NCBI GenBank assembly: GCA_963767005.1
Contig: CAVYCN010000010.1
Location: forward strand, 32,001-96,000
DNA length: 64,000 bases
Source: an uncultured Actinomycetes bacterium
GTDB taxonomy: Bacteria > Actinomycetota > Thermoleophilia > UBA2241
Direction: 5' to 3'
Shown: piece by piece, positions 29,106 through 39,200 of the stretch
Numbering within the stretch: position 1 is the stretch's first letter
Layout: every line of letters begins with the position of its first letter
Notes under the pieces: generated by a model
Told to the model about the DNA's origin: nothing
What the model saw: only the letters and a program-made list of their open reading frames with translations
Databases searched by the model: none
Made by a program: the position numbers and the translations under genes

Positions 29106-29262
29106 GGCGCCGCGCCGCGACGGCCGGCACGGTCGATGGAACGTCGCCGCAGTCCCGCCCCAGCGGGTATCGTCGAGGGCGACGAGCCGCGGCCGCGAAG
29201 GGGCCGCGGGCGTCGGGGGCGAAGCGAGGTCCCGGACAGGTGACGACACGGACGGAGGCGCG

Positions 29263-30621
29263 ATGAACGACGACGGGGGGACATCGACCGCGGAGCTGCG
29301 CCGCCGGGTCGCGGCCCTCATGCCGGCGGCGCGCACCGACCTGGAGCGCCTGGTGCGCATCCCCTCGGTGTCGTCGCCCGGCACTCCGCCGGCGCCGCTC
29401 GCCGCCGCGGCCGAGGCCGTCGCGGCGAGCGCACGACGCGTCGGCCTCGAGACCAGGCTCCTCGACGTGCCGGGGGCGCCGCCGGCCGTGTTCGCCGAGC
29501 GCCCGGCCCAGCCGGGCTCTCCGACCGCCCTGCTCTACGCGCACTACGACGTGCAGCCACCCGGACCCGAGGAGCGCTGGAGCAGCCCGCCGTACACACC
29601 CGTCGAGCGCGACGGTCGCCTGTACGGCCGGGGCGCGGCCGACGACAAGGCCGGGGTGGTCATGCACACGACGGCGCTCGCCGCGCTCGGCGACGACCGG
29701 CGCGTGGGCGTCAAGCTGCTGGTCGAGGGCGCCGAGGAGGTCGGCGCGGGCGCGCTCGAGGACCTGGTGCGCGGCCGCCCCGAGCTCTTCGCGGCCGACG
29801 CGATGGTGATCGCCGACGCCGGCAACGCGGCCCTGGGCGAGCCCACCCTGACGACGTCGCTGCGCGGCATGGTCAAGCTCACCGTGTCGGTGGCGGCGCT
29901 GGCCGGCCCCGTGCACTCCGGCGCCTACGGCGGCGCGGCACCCGATGCCCTCGTGGCCCTGGTGCGCATGCTGGCCCAGCTGCACGACGACGCCGGCGAC
30001 GTCGCCGTGGACGGCCTCGAGTCGCGCCCCTACGACGGCGCCGCCGGCGACGAGGCGAGCTTTCGGCGTGACGCCGGCGTGCTCGAGGGCGTGGCGCTGC
30101 CCGGCACCGGCACGATCGCGGAACGGCTCTTCACACGGCCGTCGATCACGATCATCGGGCTCGACGCCCCGGCGGTCGCGGGCGCGGCCAACGCCGTGGT
30201 CCCCACGGCGCGGGCCGCGCTCGCCGTGCGTCTCGCGCCGGGCCAGACCCCCGCCGCCGCGGCCGCCGCTGTCGCGTGCCATCTGCGCGCCGTCGCGCCG
30301 TGGAACGTGGCTCTCGAGATCGCCGCGGCCGGCGGCGGTGAGGGGTTCCTGGCCCGGACCGACGGACCGGCCTTCGAGACGGCGCGCCGGGCGCTCGAGG
30401 CGGCCTTCGGCCGGCCGGTCGTCAAGCTCGGACAGGGCGGCTCCATCCCGCTCGTCGCGGCCCTGCTCGAAGCGGCCCCCGCGGCCGAGGTGATCCTCTG
30501 GGGCCCCGAGGACCCGCAGGCGAGGATCCACGGGACCGACGAGAGCGTCGACCTGGCCGAGCTCGAACGCTGCGCGCTGGCCGAGGCGCTCTTCCTGACG
30601 TGGTGGGGAGCCGCGGCGTAG
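29263..30621 (+). CDS. M20-family dipeptidase
   Basis: YAHYDVQPP, GRGAADDKAG, EGAEEVG, HSGAYGG, GGSIP and IHGTDES motifs. Confidence 0.9.
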   Translation: MNDDGGTSTAELRRRVAALMPAARTDLERLVRIPSVSSPGTPPAPLAAAAEAVAASARRVGLETRLLDVPGAPPAVFAERPAQPGSPTALLYAHYDVQPPGPEERWSSPPYTPVERDGRLYGRGAADDKAGVVMHTTALAALGDDRRVGVKLLVEGAEEVGAGALEDLVRGRPELFAADAMVIADAGNAALGEPTLTTSLRGMVKLTVSVAALAGPVHSGAYGGAAPDALVALVRMLAQLHDDAGDVAVDGLESRPYDGAAGDEASFRRDAGVLEGVALPGTGTIAERLFTRPSITIIGLDAPAVAGAANAVVPTARAALAVRLAPGQTPAAAAAAVACHLRAVAPWNVALEIAAAGGGEGFLARTDGPAFETARRALEAAFGRPVVKLGQGGSIPLVAALLEAAPAAEVILWGPEDPQARIHGTDESVDLAELERCALAEALFLTWWGAAA

Positions 30622-30671
30622 ACCGGCCGGCGGCAGCGCCGCCCCTGGCACCTGCCGCGCTCGGGCGCGGC

Positions 30672-31073
30672 TCAGTGCGGGCGGCTCGCCGTGGTCCGTA
30701 CCTGGTCGTACGTGCGCGCCTCGAGGTAGGCGGCGAGCTCGCGGTCGTCTCGCGCAAAGGCCGCGTCGAGCCCGCGGACCTGGTCCGGCGACAGGCCCTC
30801 CTCGAGGGCCTGCGACAGCACCTCAGTGTGGCTCGACTGGAGCTCCACGACGGACTCGGCGAGGATCTCGAAGGCCGCGCCGACGCGGTCGGCGACGCGG
30901 CCGGCACGCGCCCGCTCTGCCGGCGGCCGCGCCGACGTCTCGCGATAGGCGGCCTCTGCGCGTCGCAGGGCGGCCGCCGCCGTGGCGTGACGGTCCAGCC
31001 GCCGGAGCAGCGGCCGCGAGAGGCCCTGCGCGCCCGGCTCGTCGCCCGCGTTGCGTGTCTCGTCGTCGCTCAT
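30672..31073 (-). CDS. Hypothetical helical protein (133 aa)
   Basis: GGGGAG before the ATG; fills the gap with plausible codon usage; no motif recognised. Confidence 0.5.
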   Translation of the reverse strand: MSDDETRNAGDEPGAQGLSRPLLRRLDRHATAAAALRRAEAAYRETSARPPAERARAGRVADRVGAAFEILAESVVELQSSHTEVLSQALEEGLSPDQVRGLDAAFARDDRELAAYLEARTYDQVRTTASRPH

Positions 31074-31275
31074 CGGTTCTCCCCAGGTCCCGCGTCGCCC
31101 GGCGCGGACACGACGGTCCCGTGCGTCGGCTCCCGCAGTGTGGGCGACGTTCGTTAGCGCTCGATGAGCGCGCCGTGAGGACCGTGTGAGGAGCTGCCGC
31201 GCGCCGCGGTGAGGCGCGCCGCGCACGCGTGGTGAGGGCCGCGCGAGGAGGAGGGGGATCGCACCGCCGGTCGGT

Positions 31276-32328
31276 CTAGCCGCCCGTGGCCGCCTTGTCG
31301 TGCAGGAACTGGGCGTACGTGCTCGAGAACAGCAGGGGACCGGTGCCGTCGTCGCGCCCGACGTAGTAGAGGTAGTCCACGCGCGCCGGATGGGCGGCGG
31401 CGGTGAGCGCGGCCAGGCCGGGGTCGTCGATCGGCGTGGGCGGCAGGCCGGGGTGCAGGTACGTGTTGTAGGGAGAGGCCACGGTGAGGTCGTGGTAGGT
31501 GACGACGGCCTTGTGTGTCCCCAGCGCGTAGAGCACGGTCGAGTCCATCTGCAGCCGCATGCCGGCCTTGAGCCGGTTCCACACGACGGCGGCGATCCGG
31601 GCGCGATCGGCCGGCGCTCGTGCCTCGGCCTCGATCAGCGAGGCGATCGTGACGACGTCGTACGGCGTGAGGTTCGCCGCCGCCGCCCGCCGCAGGTCGA
31701 CGCCCGCCATGTTCTCGCGAAAGGCGGCGAGTTGCAGGGCGATGAACTGCCGCGGCGTGACGCTCGGCAACACGTCGTAGGTAGCGGGGAAGAGGAGCCC
31801 CTGCAGCGTGGTGCCCGGACGGTAGCCGGCGACCGGCGCCGGCCCGTCGTAATGGGTGGCGAGCGAGACGTAGGCGGCGGCGGGGAACCCGGGCACGTCG
31901 CGGGACAGACGGGCGGCCGTGTCGGCGATCGTGAAGCCTTCGGGGATGGTCACGCGGATCGTGCGCGGCCTGGAACCGGCCACGAGTGCCGCGATCAGGT
32001 CGGTGAAGGGCTCATTGACGTGCAGCGTGTAGGTGCCGGCCTTGAGGCGCGAGCTGTGGCCGTCGAGGCGCGCGCGGATCTCGAAGGCGAGGGCGTGCGG
32101 CACGACGTGATGATCCGCGAGGATGTCGGCGATCGCGCCCAGTCCCGAGCCCGCCGGGATCGTGACCGCTACGGGGCCGCCCTCTGGTCCGGTACGAAAG
32201 AACGACACGGCGGTGAGGGCGACGAGAACGACCGCGACAAGGGCGATCACCATCGCGGTGAGCGCGGCGAGACGCCGGCGCGCGCGTGCCTTCGCCCTGC
32301 TACGCGGCGACTGTCTGTCGGCGGCCAT
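31276..32328 (-). CDS. mltG: Endolytic transglycosylase MltG
   Basis: N-terminal TM; VTIPEG, GLLFPATY, ASLIEAEA (catalytic Glu), LQMDST and SPYNTY...GLPPTPI motifs. Confidence 0.93.
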   Translation of the reverse strand: MAADRQSPRSRAKARARRRLAALTAMVIALVAVVLVALTAVSFFRTGPEGGPVAVTIPAGSGLGAIADILADHHVVPHALAFEIRARLDGHSSRLKAGTYTLHVNEPFTDLIAALVAGSRPRTIRVTIPEGFTIADTAARLSRDVPGFPAAAYVSLATHYDGPAPVAGYRPGTTLQGLLFPATYDVLPSVTPRQFIALQLAAFRENMAGVDLRRAAAANLTPYDVVTIASLIEAEARAPADRARIAAVVWNRLKAGMRLQMDSTVLYALGTHKAVVTYHDLTVASPYNTYLHPGLPPTPIDDPGLAALTAAAHPARVDYLYYVGRDDGTGPLLFSSTYAQFLHDKAATGG

Positions 32329-32335
32329 GCGCGAC

Positions 32336-32341
32336 AGTCTA
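32336..32341 (-). promoter_or_regulatory. -10 TAGACT, probable leaderless promoter of mltG
   Basis: Lies 7 nt before ATG 32328, with no SD. Confidence 0.5.
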
Positions 32342-32385
32342 CGGCAAGCGGCCGCGCTCTGCCTGGGAACGGCCGCGAGCCACGG

Positions 32386-33351
32386 TCAGAGCGGCTCCGC
32401 CTCGGGGACCCCGGTCGCGCCGACCGCTTCCTCGCCGCGGCCGAAGACGACGACGAGCAGCCCCGCGCCCAGGATCAGGGCGCCGCCGAGCACGGTCGGG
32501 AGCGTGGGGAGCTGACCGACGAGGAAGATGGCGTACAGCGGGCCGGCCACCGGTTCGATGTAGCCGAGGATGGTGACCTGCTCGACCGGCACGCGCCGCG
32601 TGCCTTCGATCCACAGCGTGTAGGACACGGCCGTGCAGACCACGCCCATCACGATCGCTCCTATCCAGGCGTGCGCGGTCAGATGGTAGCCGGTGGAGTG
32701 GAACTGCCACAGGGCGAGCGGCATCACGATCAGCGTGTCGCCGGCAGCCTCGGCCGTCGAGATCGTCGCCGACGAGACGATCCGCGTGAGGCCCTTCACC
32801 GAGATCGTGTACGTCGCATAGCCGAAACCGGTGAACAGCGCGGCGAGCAGGCCGGCCGTCGTGAGGTGCAGGCCGTCGCCGAGCAGGTCGGGCACGACGA
32901 TGACCGCAAGGCCGGCGAGAGCCAGGCCGAGAGCCGGCCATACGACGGGCTCCCGCGGCGTGTGGAACACGCGTGGCGCGATGAGCGCGACCCAGAGTGG
33001 CATGAGGAAGAGCAGGAACATGGCAAAGGCGACGCTCGTGTGGCGCACGGCGTAGAAGTACAGCAGCAGGGTGAGCGAGGACATCGCCGCCATGACGAGC
33101 AGGCGCCAGGCGGCGCCCGGCCGCCGCCAGTCCTCGAGCATGGGGCGGCGCAGGAACAGGGCACCCAGCGCGAGCGAAGCGAAGGCCATGCGCAGCACGA
33201 GGATGATGGCCTCGGGAGCGCCGGACCAGGCCACGAGCGGCGCGCTGCCGGCCATGCCGAGGTACGAGGCCAGGACCATCGTGTAGCCGAGCGGGTCGCG
33301 GCGCGGCCGAGCGGTCGCTCCGCGTTCGGCTGTCTCCACGCGCACCGTCAC
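32386..33351 (-). CDS. DMT/EamA transporter (start uncertain)
   Basis: About 10 TM in two repeats; YIEPVAG and LGGALILGAG motifs. Confidence 0.85.
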   Translation of the reverse strand: MTVRVETAERGATARPRRDPLGYTMVLASYLGMAGSAPLVAWSGAPEAIILVLRMAFASLALGALFLRRPMLEDWRRPGAAWRLLVMAAMSSLTLLLYFYAVRHTSVAFAMFLLFLMPLWVALIAPRVFHTPREPVVWPALGLALAGLAVIVVPDLLGDGLHLTTAGLLAALFTGFGYATYTISVKGLTRIVSSATISTAEAAGDTLIVMPLALWQFHSTGYHLTAHAWIGAIVMGVVCTAVSYTLWIEGTRRVPVEQVTILGYIEPVAGPLYAIFLVGQLPTLPTVLGGALILGAGLLVVVFGRGEEAVGATGVPEAEPL

Positions 33352-33418
33352 CTTCGTCGCCTGCCCTCGCAGCCTAGCGAGTGGGCGGCGGTGGGCGCAA
33401 GACGGGCGGCTCCCGCCG

Positions 33419-34105
33419 TCAGGCCGTGGGCGACGGCGGAGGGCTCGGCGACGAGGCCGGCGTCTGGGCGGCGCTCGGGCTGGGCGCCGGGCTATCGGTC
33501 GGACTCGACGACGGCGAGGCACTCGGTGCCGGGCTCGGGCTCTCGCTGGGCGACGTACTCGGGGTGGGCGAGGTACTCGCCGTGGGCGAGCTGCTGGGAG
33601 TGGGCGAGGTACTCGCCGTGGGCGAGCTGCTGGGAGTGGGAGATGTGCTCGGCGTGCCCGAGGGCTGGCCGCCCGATCCGCCGGAGCCGGCCGCCGAAGG
33701 CGGCGCGCCTCCCGAGCCGCTCGCCGAGGGGGCGGCCGGGAAGGTGACGGCCGGCAGACCCGGGATCGCGAGCGCCGCCGCAAAGCCGGCTGGACCTACG
33801 ACACGCGGCGCACCGGTCCGCGACGGCGTCGCCCGTCCGTTGGCGGTCGTCGGCGCCGCGCCGGTCGGCGCCGTCGCGCCCCGGCGCGACGCTGTGCTCA
33901 CCGCGGCCGGCGGAACGGCGCCGGCGACGCTGTGAGCGCGGCTGATCATGACCAGGGTCACGACGAGGGCGGCGACGACGGCCGCGGCCACGACGATCGC
34001 CCGGTTGCGACGCCGCCGGCGCAGGAACAGCCAGTAGGGCTCGATGTCGTCGTCTGGCGGCGGCCCGGTTTGCGAGGGGGGCTGGTGCTGCAAGGGTCCG
34101 CTCAC
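33419..34105 (-). CDS. Hypothetical single-TM protein with Pro/Ser/Thr-rich tail
   Basis: RRRRRNR followed by a hydrophobic helix, then SPTPS-type low-complexity repeats. Confidence 0.5.
   Translation of the reverse strand: MSGPLQHQPPSQTGPPPDDDIEPYWLFLRRRRRNRAIVVAAAVVAALVVTLVMISRAHSVAGAVPPAAVSTASRRGATAPTGAAPTTANGRATPSRTGAPRVVGPAGFAAALAIPGLPAVTFPAAPSASGSGGAPPSAAGSGGSGGQPSGTPSTSPTPSSSPTASTSPTPSSSPTASTSPTPSTSPSESPSPAPSASPSSSPTDSPAPSPSAAQTPASSPSPPPSPTA
33564..33640. repeat. 36-bp tandem repeat x2 (coding)
   Basis: GTGGGCGAGGTACTCGCCGTGGGCGAGCTGCTGGGA occurs twice exactly. Confidence 0.85.
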
Positions 34106-34310
34106 GTTCGTTGGATGCCGGCTCCTTGTCCGACGCCGCACCCTCCTTTGGTGCCAAGCTACCCGCGCCGCACGGTCCTACACCCCTGGTCCGATGGCTC
34201 CGTCTCACGATGCGGGGCTCGGCCGGGACGACGCCGGGGGGTACAATCGTGGCCATGGTGCTCACGGCGACCTGCCGATCTCTCTCAGGCTCGGACCTGC
34301 TCACGGTGGC

Positions 34311-35903
34311 TTGACGGCCGTGCGTCTGCGGGTCGTGCTCATCGTGATCGCAGTGGTGGCCGCTGTCCTCGCGGCGCTGGCCGGGGCCGCGCTTGCCTTC
34401 TGGCCGCAGGCGCGTCTCGCGCCCGCGGCCGACGCCCTGGTCCATGTATCGCTCACCGGCTTCGCCGGCCACGTGAGCGCGCTCCAGGTGAGCCTGCCCG
34501 ACGGTCGCGAAGTACCGGTCGCGGTACGTCGCGGCGATGTGTGGCCGCTCGTCGGCGTCGCGCCCGCGCAGCGGCTCACGGTCGCGGTGACCGCGCGACG
34601 GCCGCGCTGGATCGGCTGGCTCATCGGGCACGTGCGGCGGCGCACGTTCACGGTGGTCACGCCGAGCGCTCACCTCGAGGGACGGTGGCTCCAGGTCGAC
34701 GCCGGCGCGGCGGTGACGGTGGCCTTCGACCGGCCGGTGTCCCGCCTGTCGGTCGACGGCGCGCCGGTCGTGCTGCCGTCGGCGCGCGCCGTGGTGCCGA
34801 TCAATGTCACCGCGACGGGGTCGGCCGGCTCCGGCACGGTCACCGTCGCCGCCGCCGTGCGACCCTGGGAGCGACTCTCCGACCCGCAGACCGTGAGCTG
34901 GTTTCCGGCACGGCCCTATGCCCAGCTGCTCGCGGTGCCGGCCCCGACCGCGAAGCTCGCCCCGGCCGGTCGTCTCACGCTGACCTTCTCGGAGCCCGTC
35001 GCCGACGTGCTCGGGAGCGCGCGACCGCGCGTCGTACCGGCGGTGGCGGGCGCCTGGGTGCGGCTCGACGCGCACACGATCGCCTTCGAGCCGCGCGGCA
35101 TCGGGTTCGGCCTGGGGGCGAACGTCCGTGTCGAGTTGCCCGTGGGAGTCCATCTCGCCGGGCAGGCCGGCGCCGGGCTCACGCAGACGTTGCATTGGCG
35201 GGTGCCGGACGGCTCGACCCTGCGGCTGCAGCAGCTCCTGGCCGAGCTCGGCTACCTGCCCGTAGGCTGGCTGCCGACCGGTGTCGACCCTGCAACGACC
35301 GCCGGGCAGCTCGAAGACGCCGTCGCGCCGCCGGACGGGCGCTTCGTGTGGCGCTTTTCCGACGACCCGCCCGAGCTGCGCGCGCTCTGGAGTCCCGGGC
35401 AGCCCAATCAGATCACGCGTGGCGCGATCATGATGTTCGAGGACACCCACGACCTGACGGTCGACGGTTTCGCCGGGGCTCACGTGTGGAGCGCCCTCAT
35501 CGCCGATGCGCTTGCCGGGCGCCGTCACCCGGGCGGCTACAACTACGTCTTCGTACACCGCAGCGTGCCGCAGTCACTCAACCTGTGGCATGACGGCCAC
35601 GTCATCCTGAGCTCGCCGGGCAACACCGGCGTGCCGGCCGCCCCGACCGAGCTCGGCACGTTCCCCGTGTTCGAGCATATCCCGGTGGGCACGATGAGCG
35701 GCACCAACCCCGACGGGTCGCGCTACGACGACCCCGGCATCCGCTACATCAGCTACTTCAACCACGGCGAGGCCATCCACTCGTTCAACCGGGCGTCGTT
35801 CGGCACGCCGCAGAGCCTGGGCTGCGTCGAGCTGCCGCTCGCCGCGGCGGCCAGGGTGTGGCCGTACACGCCGATCGGTACGCTCGTCACGATCGAGAAC
35901 TAG
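34311..35903 (+). CDS. L,D-transpeptidase (YkuD) with Ig-like and peptidoglycan-binding-like domains
   Basis: N-terminal TM; LQQLLAELGYL and LTVDGFAG; NTG...TELGTF and AIH...GTPQSLGCVEL motifs. Start is TTG 34311 or GTG 34320. Confidence 0.85.
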   Translation: MTAVRLRVVLIVIAVVAAVLAALAGAALAFWPQARLAPAADALVHVSLTGFAGHVSALQVSLPDGREVPVAVRRGDVWPLVGVAPAQRLTVAVTARRPRWIGWLIGHVRRRTFTVVTPSAHLEGRWLQVDAGAAVTVAFDRPVSRLSVDGAPVVLPSARAVVPINVTATGSAGSGTVTVAAAVRPWERLSDPQTVSWFPARPYAQLLAVPAPTAKLAPAGRLTLTFSEPVADVLGSARPRVVPAVAGAWVRLDAHTIAFEPRGIGFGLGANVRVELPVGVHLAGQAGAGLTQTLHWRVPDGSTLRLQQLLAELGYLPVGWLPTGVDPATTAGQLEDAVAPPDGRFVWRFSDDPPELRALWSPGQPNQITRGAIMMFEDTHDLTVDGFAGAHVWSALIADALAGRRHPGGYNYVFVHRSVPQSLNLWHDGHVILSSPGNTGVPAAPTELGTFPVFEHIPVGTMSGTNPDGSRYDDPGIRYISYFNHGEAIHSFNRASFGTPQSLGCVELPLAAAARVWPYTPIGTLVTIEN

Positions 35904-35919
35904 ACGGAGAGGAACGACT

Positions 35920-36126
35920 ATGGGACCGTGGTTCGGACGCAAGCGCATCGGCTGGGGCTCACGTCCCGTGGCCTGGCAGGGCTGGCTCGTCACGGTCGCC
36001 TACCTGGGCGCCGCCGCGGGGGCTGCGAGCCTGCTGTCCAGGACCGACAAGACACTGTTCGTGGTGGCGCTGGTCGCGCTGACCGCGGTCTACCTGCTGA
36101 TCGTCTGGGCCACGACCGGCGGCTGA
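35920..36126 (+). CDS. Small 2-TM membrane protein (68 aa)
   Basis: GGAGAGG RBS; WFGRKRIGWG.RP..WQGW followed by two hydrophobic helices. Confidence 0.75.
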   Translation: MGPWFGRKRIGWGSRPVAWQGWLVTVAYLGAAAGAASLLSRTDKTLFVVALVALTAVYLLIVWATTGG

Positions 36127-36151
36127 ACCGGCGGCTCTGCAGCGGCCGTAG

Positions 36152-36196
36152 GAGCGCGACCGGCGGCGGCCGACTCGACCGCCGCCGGTCGCGCTC
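36152..36196. terminator. 18-bp stem hairpin between convergent genes
   Basis: GAGCGCGACCGGCGGCGG-N9-CCGCCGCCGGTCGCGCTC, followed by TTCT on the plus strand. Confidence 0.7.
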
Positions 36197-36207
36197 TTCT
36201 CCGATCG

Positions 36208-39200
36208 TCAGAAGGATCGCACGGCGCGCACGAGGCAGGTGTCGCTCTTGGCGTGATCGGACTCGCTGCCGTTACCGAAGAGCTCCTGCCACGCATCGAA
36301 GAAGTCGCCCTCCGACGAGCTCCAGTAGTAGGGGGAGGCGGCGAAGGCTGTCCCTCCGTTGGCCGTCGCTGTGGCGTTGATCGCGGCGCGGTACGTGTAG
36401 AGCCAGTTGAGTTCGTCCCTGCTCGGCAGGTACCAGTCGCTGTAGCTGCCCCCGGTGTAGGCTCGGGCGAGGCCCGCGGCGTAGCCGGTGCCGGCGCCGT
36501 TCTGGGCGATGATCGCCGTGGTGTTCGCGAGGCCGGTGCCGAGCGCTGTGCTGGTCGCCCCGACGACCGTGCTCTGATAGGCGGGCAGTGCCCAGACGAT
36601 GCCCGAGCTCTGGTCGGTCAGGGCGGCGATTAGCCCGTGGCATTGCCCGGCAACGTAGCCCGTGTCGCCCGACTGGAAGATGTAGGCGACGACGCCGCCG
36701 CCGTAGAGCGAGCCTACCTGGATCGCGGTGGCGTGGAAGGTCACCGGCGAGCCGCTCAGGCTGCCGCTCGTCGCGGTCAAGGTGCAGGCACCGGCGGTGC
36801 TGCCCAGGGTCCAGCTGCCGACCGTGGCGATGCCGCTCGCGTTCGTTGTCGGCGTGAGGCCCGTGCCCGAGCCGCCGCCGCTGCCGATCGCGAACGTCAC
36901 ACTGGCGCCCGAGACCGGGTTGTTGCCGACGTCGGTCACCAGCACGCTCGGGTTGACGGCGACCGCACTGCCCGGGGAGGCGACCTGGTTGTCGCCGGCG
37001 TTCACCGCGATCTTGCTCGCCGCGCCTACGCTCACCGTGACGTTAGCCGAGACGGCCGAGCTGAGCCCGCTGGAGGCGAAGGTCAGCGTGTAGTTGGTGC
37101 TCACGGTGCCGGCCAGGGTGAGGTTGGTGAAGGTGGCGACACCGCTCGAGGCGGCCACACCGCTCGAGGCCTGGCCGCCGCCCAGCGTGCTGCCGCTCGA
37201 GGAGGTCACGGTGACCGTGGCCGAGCTCGAGGTCACGACGTTGCCGCCCGCGTCCTCGACCTTGACCACGGGCTCGATCGAGAGCAGCGCACCGCAGGCG
37301 CCGCCCACCGGCTGGGTGGTGATCGCCAGCTTGGTGGCCGTCCCGACCGTGACCGTGACGTTAGCCGAGACGGCCGAGCTGAGCCCGCTGGAGGCGAAGG
37401 TCAGCGTGTAGTTGGTGCTCACGGTGCCGGCCAGGGTGAGGTTGGTGAAGGTGGCGACACCGCTCGAGGCGGCCACACCGCTCGAGGCCTGGCCGCCGCC
37501 CAGCGTGCTGCCGCTCGAGGAGGTCACGGTGACCGTGGCGCTGCTGGTCGTCACGTTGCCGGCCGAGTCTTCGATCTTGACCACGGGCTCGATCGAGAGC
37601 AGCGCACCGCAGGCGCCGCCCACCGGCTGGGTGGTGATCGCCAGCTTGGTGGCCGTCCCGACCGTGACCGTGACGTTAGCCGAGACGGCCGAGCTGAGCC
37701 CGCTGGAGGCGAAGGTCAGCGTGTAGTTGGTGCTCACGGTGCCGGCCAGGGTGAGGTTGGTGAAGGTGGCGACACCGCTCGAGGCGGCCACACCGCTCGA
37801 GGCCTGGCCGCCGCCCAGCGTGCTGCCGCTCGAGGAGGTCACGGTGACCGTGGCGCTGCTGCCGGTCACGAGGTTGCCCTGGGCGTCCTGCACCTGGACG
37901 ACCGGCTCGGTGCCGAGCAGGCCGCCGCTCGCGCCGCCCACGGGCTGGGTGGTGATCGCCAGCTTGGCGGCCGCGCCCGGGGTCACCTGCACGTTAGCCG
38001 AGGTAGCCGAGCTGAGCCCGCTGGAGGCGAAGGTCAGCGTGTAGTTGGTGCTCACGGTGCCGGCCAGGGTGAGGTTGGTGAAGGTGGCGACACCGCTCGA
38101 GGCGGCCACACCGCTCGAGGCCTGGCCGCCGCCCAGCGTGCTGCCGCTCGAGGAGGTCACGGTGACCGTGGCGCTGCTGGTCGTCACGTTGCCGGCCGAG
38201 TCTTCGATCTTGACCACGGGCTCGATCGAGAGCAGCGCACCGCAGGCGCCGCCCACCGGCTGGGTGGTGATCGCCAGCTTGGTGGCCGTCCCGACCGTGA
38301 CCGTGACGTTAGCCGAGACGGCCGAGCTGAGCCCGCTGGAGGCGAAGGTCAGCGTGTAGTTGGTGCTCACGGTGCCGGCCAGGGTGAGGTTGGTGAAGGT
38401 GGCGACACCGCTCGAGGCGGCCACACCGCTCGAGGCCTGGCCGCCGCCCAGCGTGCTGCCGCTCGAGGAGGTCACGGTGACCGTGGCGCTGCTGCCGGTC
38501 ACGAGGTTGCCCTGGGCGTCCTGCACCTGGACGACCGGCTCGGTGCCGAGCAGGCCGCCGCTCGCGCCGCCCACGGGCTGGGTGGTGATCGCCAGCTTGG
38601 CGGCCGCGCCCGGGGTCACCTGCACGTTAGCCGAGGTAGCCGAGCTGAGCCCGCTGGAGGCGAAGGTCAGCGTGTAGTTGGTGCTCACGGTGCCGGCCAG
38701 GGTGAGGTTGGTGAAGGTGGCGACACCGCTCGAGGCGGCCACACCGCTCGAGGCCTGGCCGCCGCCCAGCGTGCTGCCGCTCGAGGAGGTCACGGTGACC
38801 GTGGCGCTGCTGGTCGTCACGTTGCCGGCCGAGTCTTCGATCTTGACCACGGGCTCGATCGAGAGCAGCGCACCGCAGGCGCCGCCCACCGGCTGGGTGG
38901 TGATCGCCAGCTTGGTGGCCGTCCCGACCGTGACCGTGACGTTAGCCGAGACGGCCGAGCTGAGCCCGCTGGAGGCGAAGGTCAGCGTGTAGTTGGTGCT
39001 CACGGTGCCGGCCAGGGTGAGGTTGGTGAAGGTGGCGACACCGCTCGAGGCGGCCACACCGCTCGAGGCCTGGCCGCCGCCCAGCGTGCTGCCGCTCGAG
39101 GAGGTCACGGTGACCGTGGCGCTGCTGCCGGTCACGAGGTTGCCCTGGGCGTCCTGCACCTGGACGACCGGCTCGGTGCCGAGCAGGCCGCCGCTCGCGC

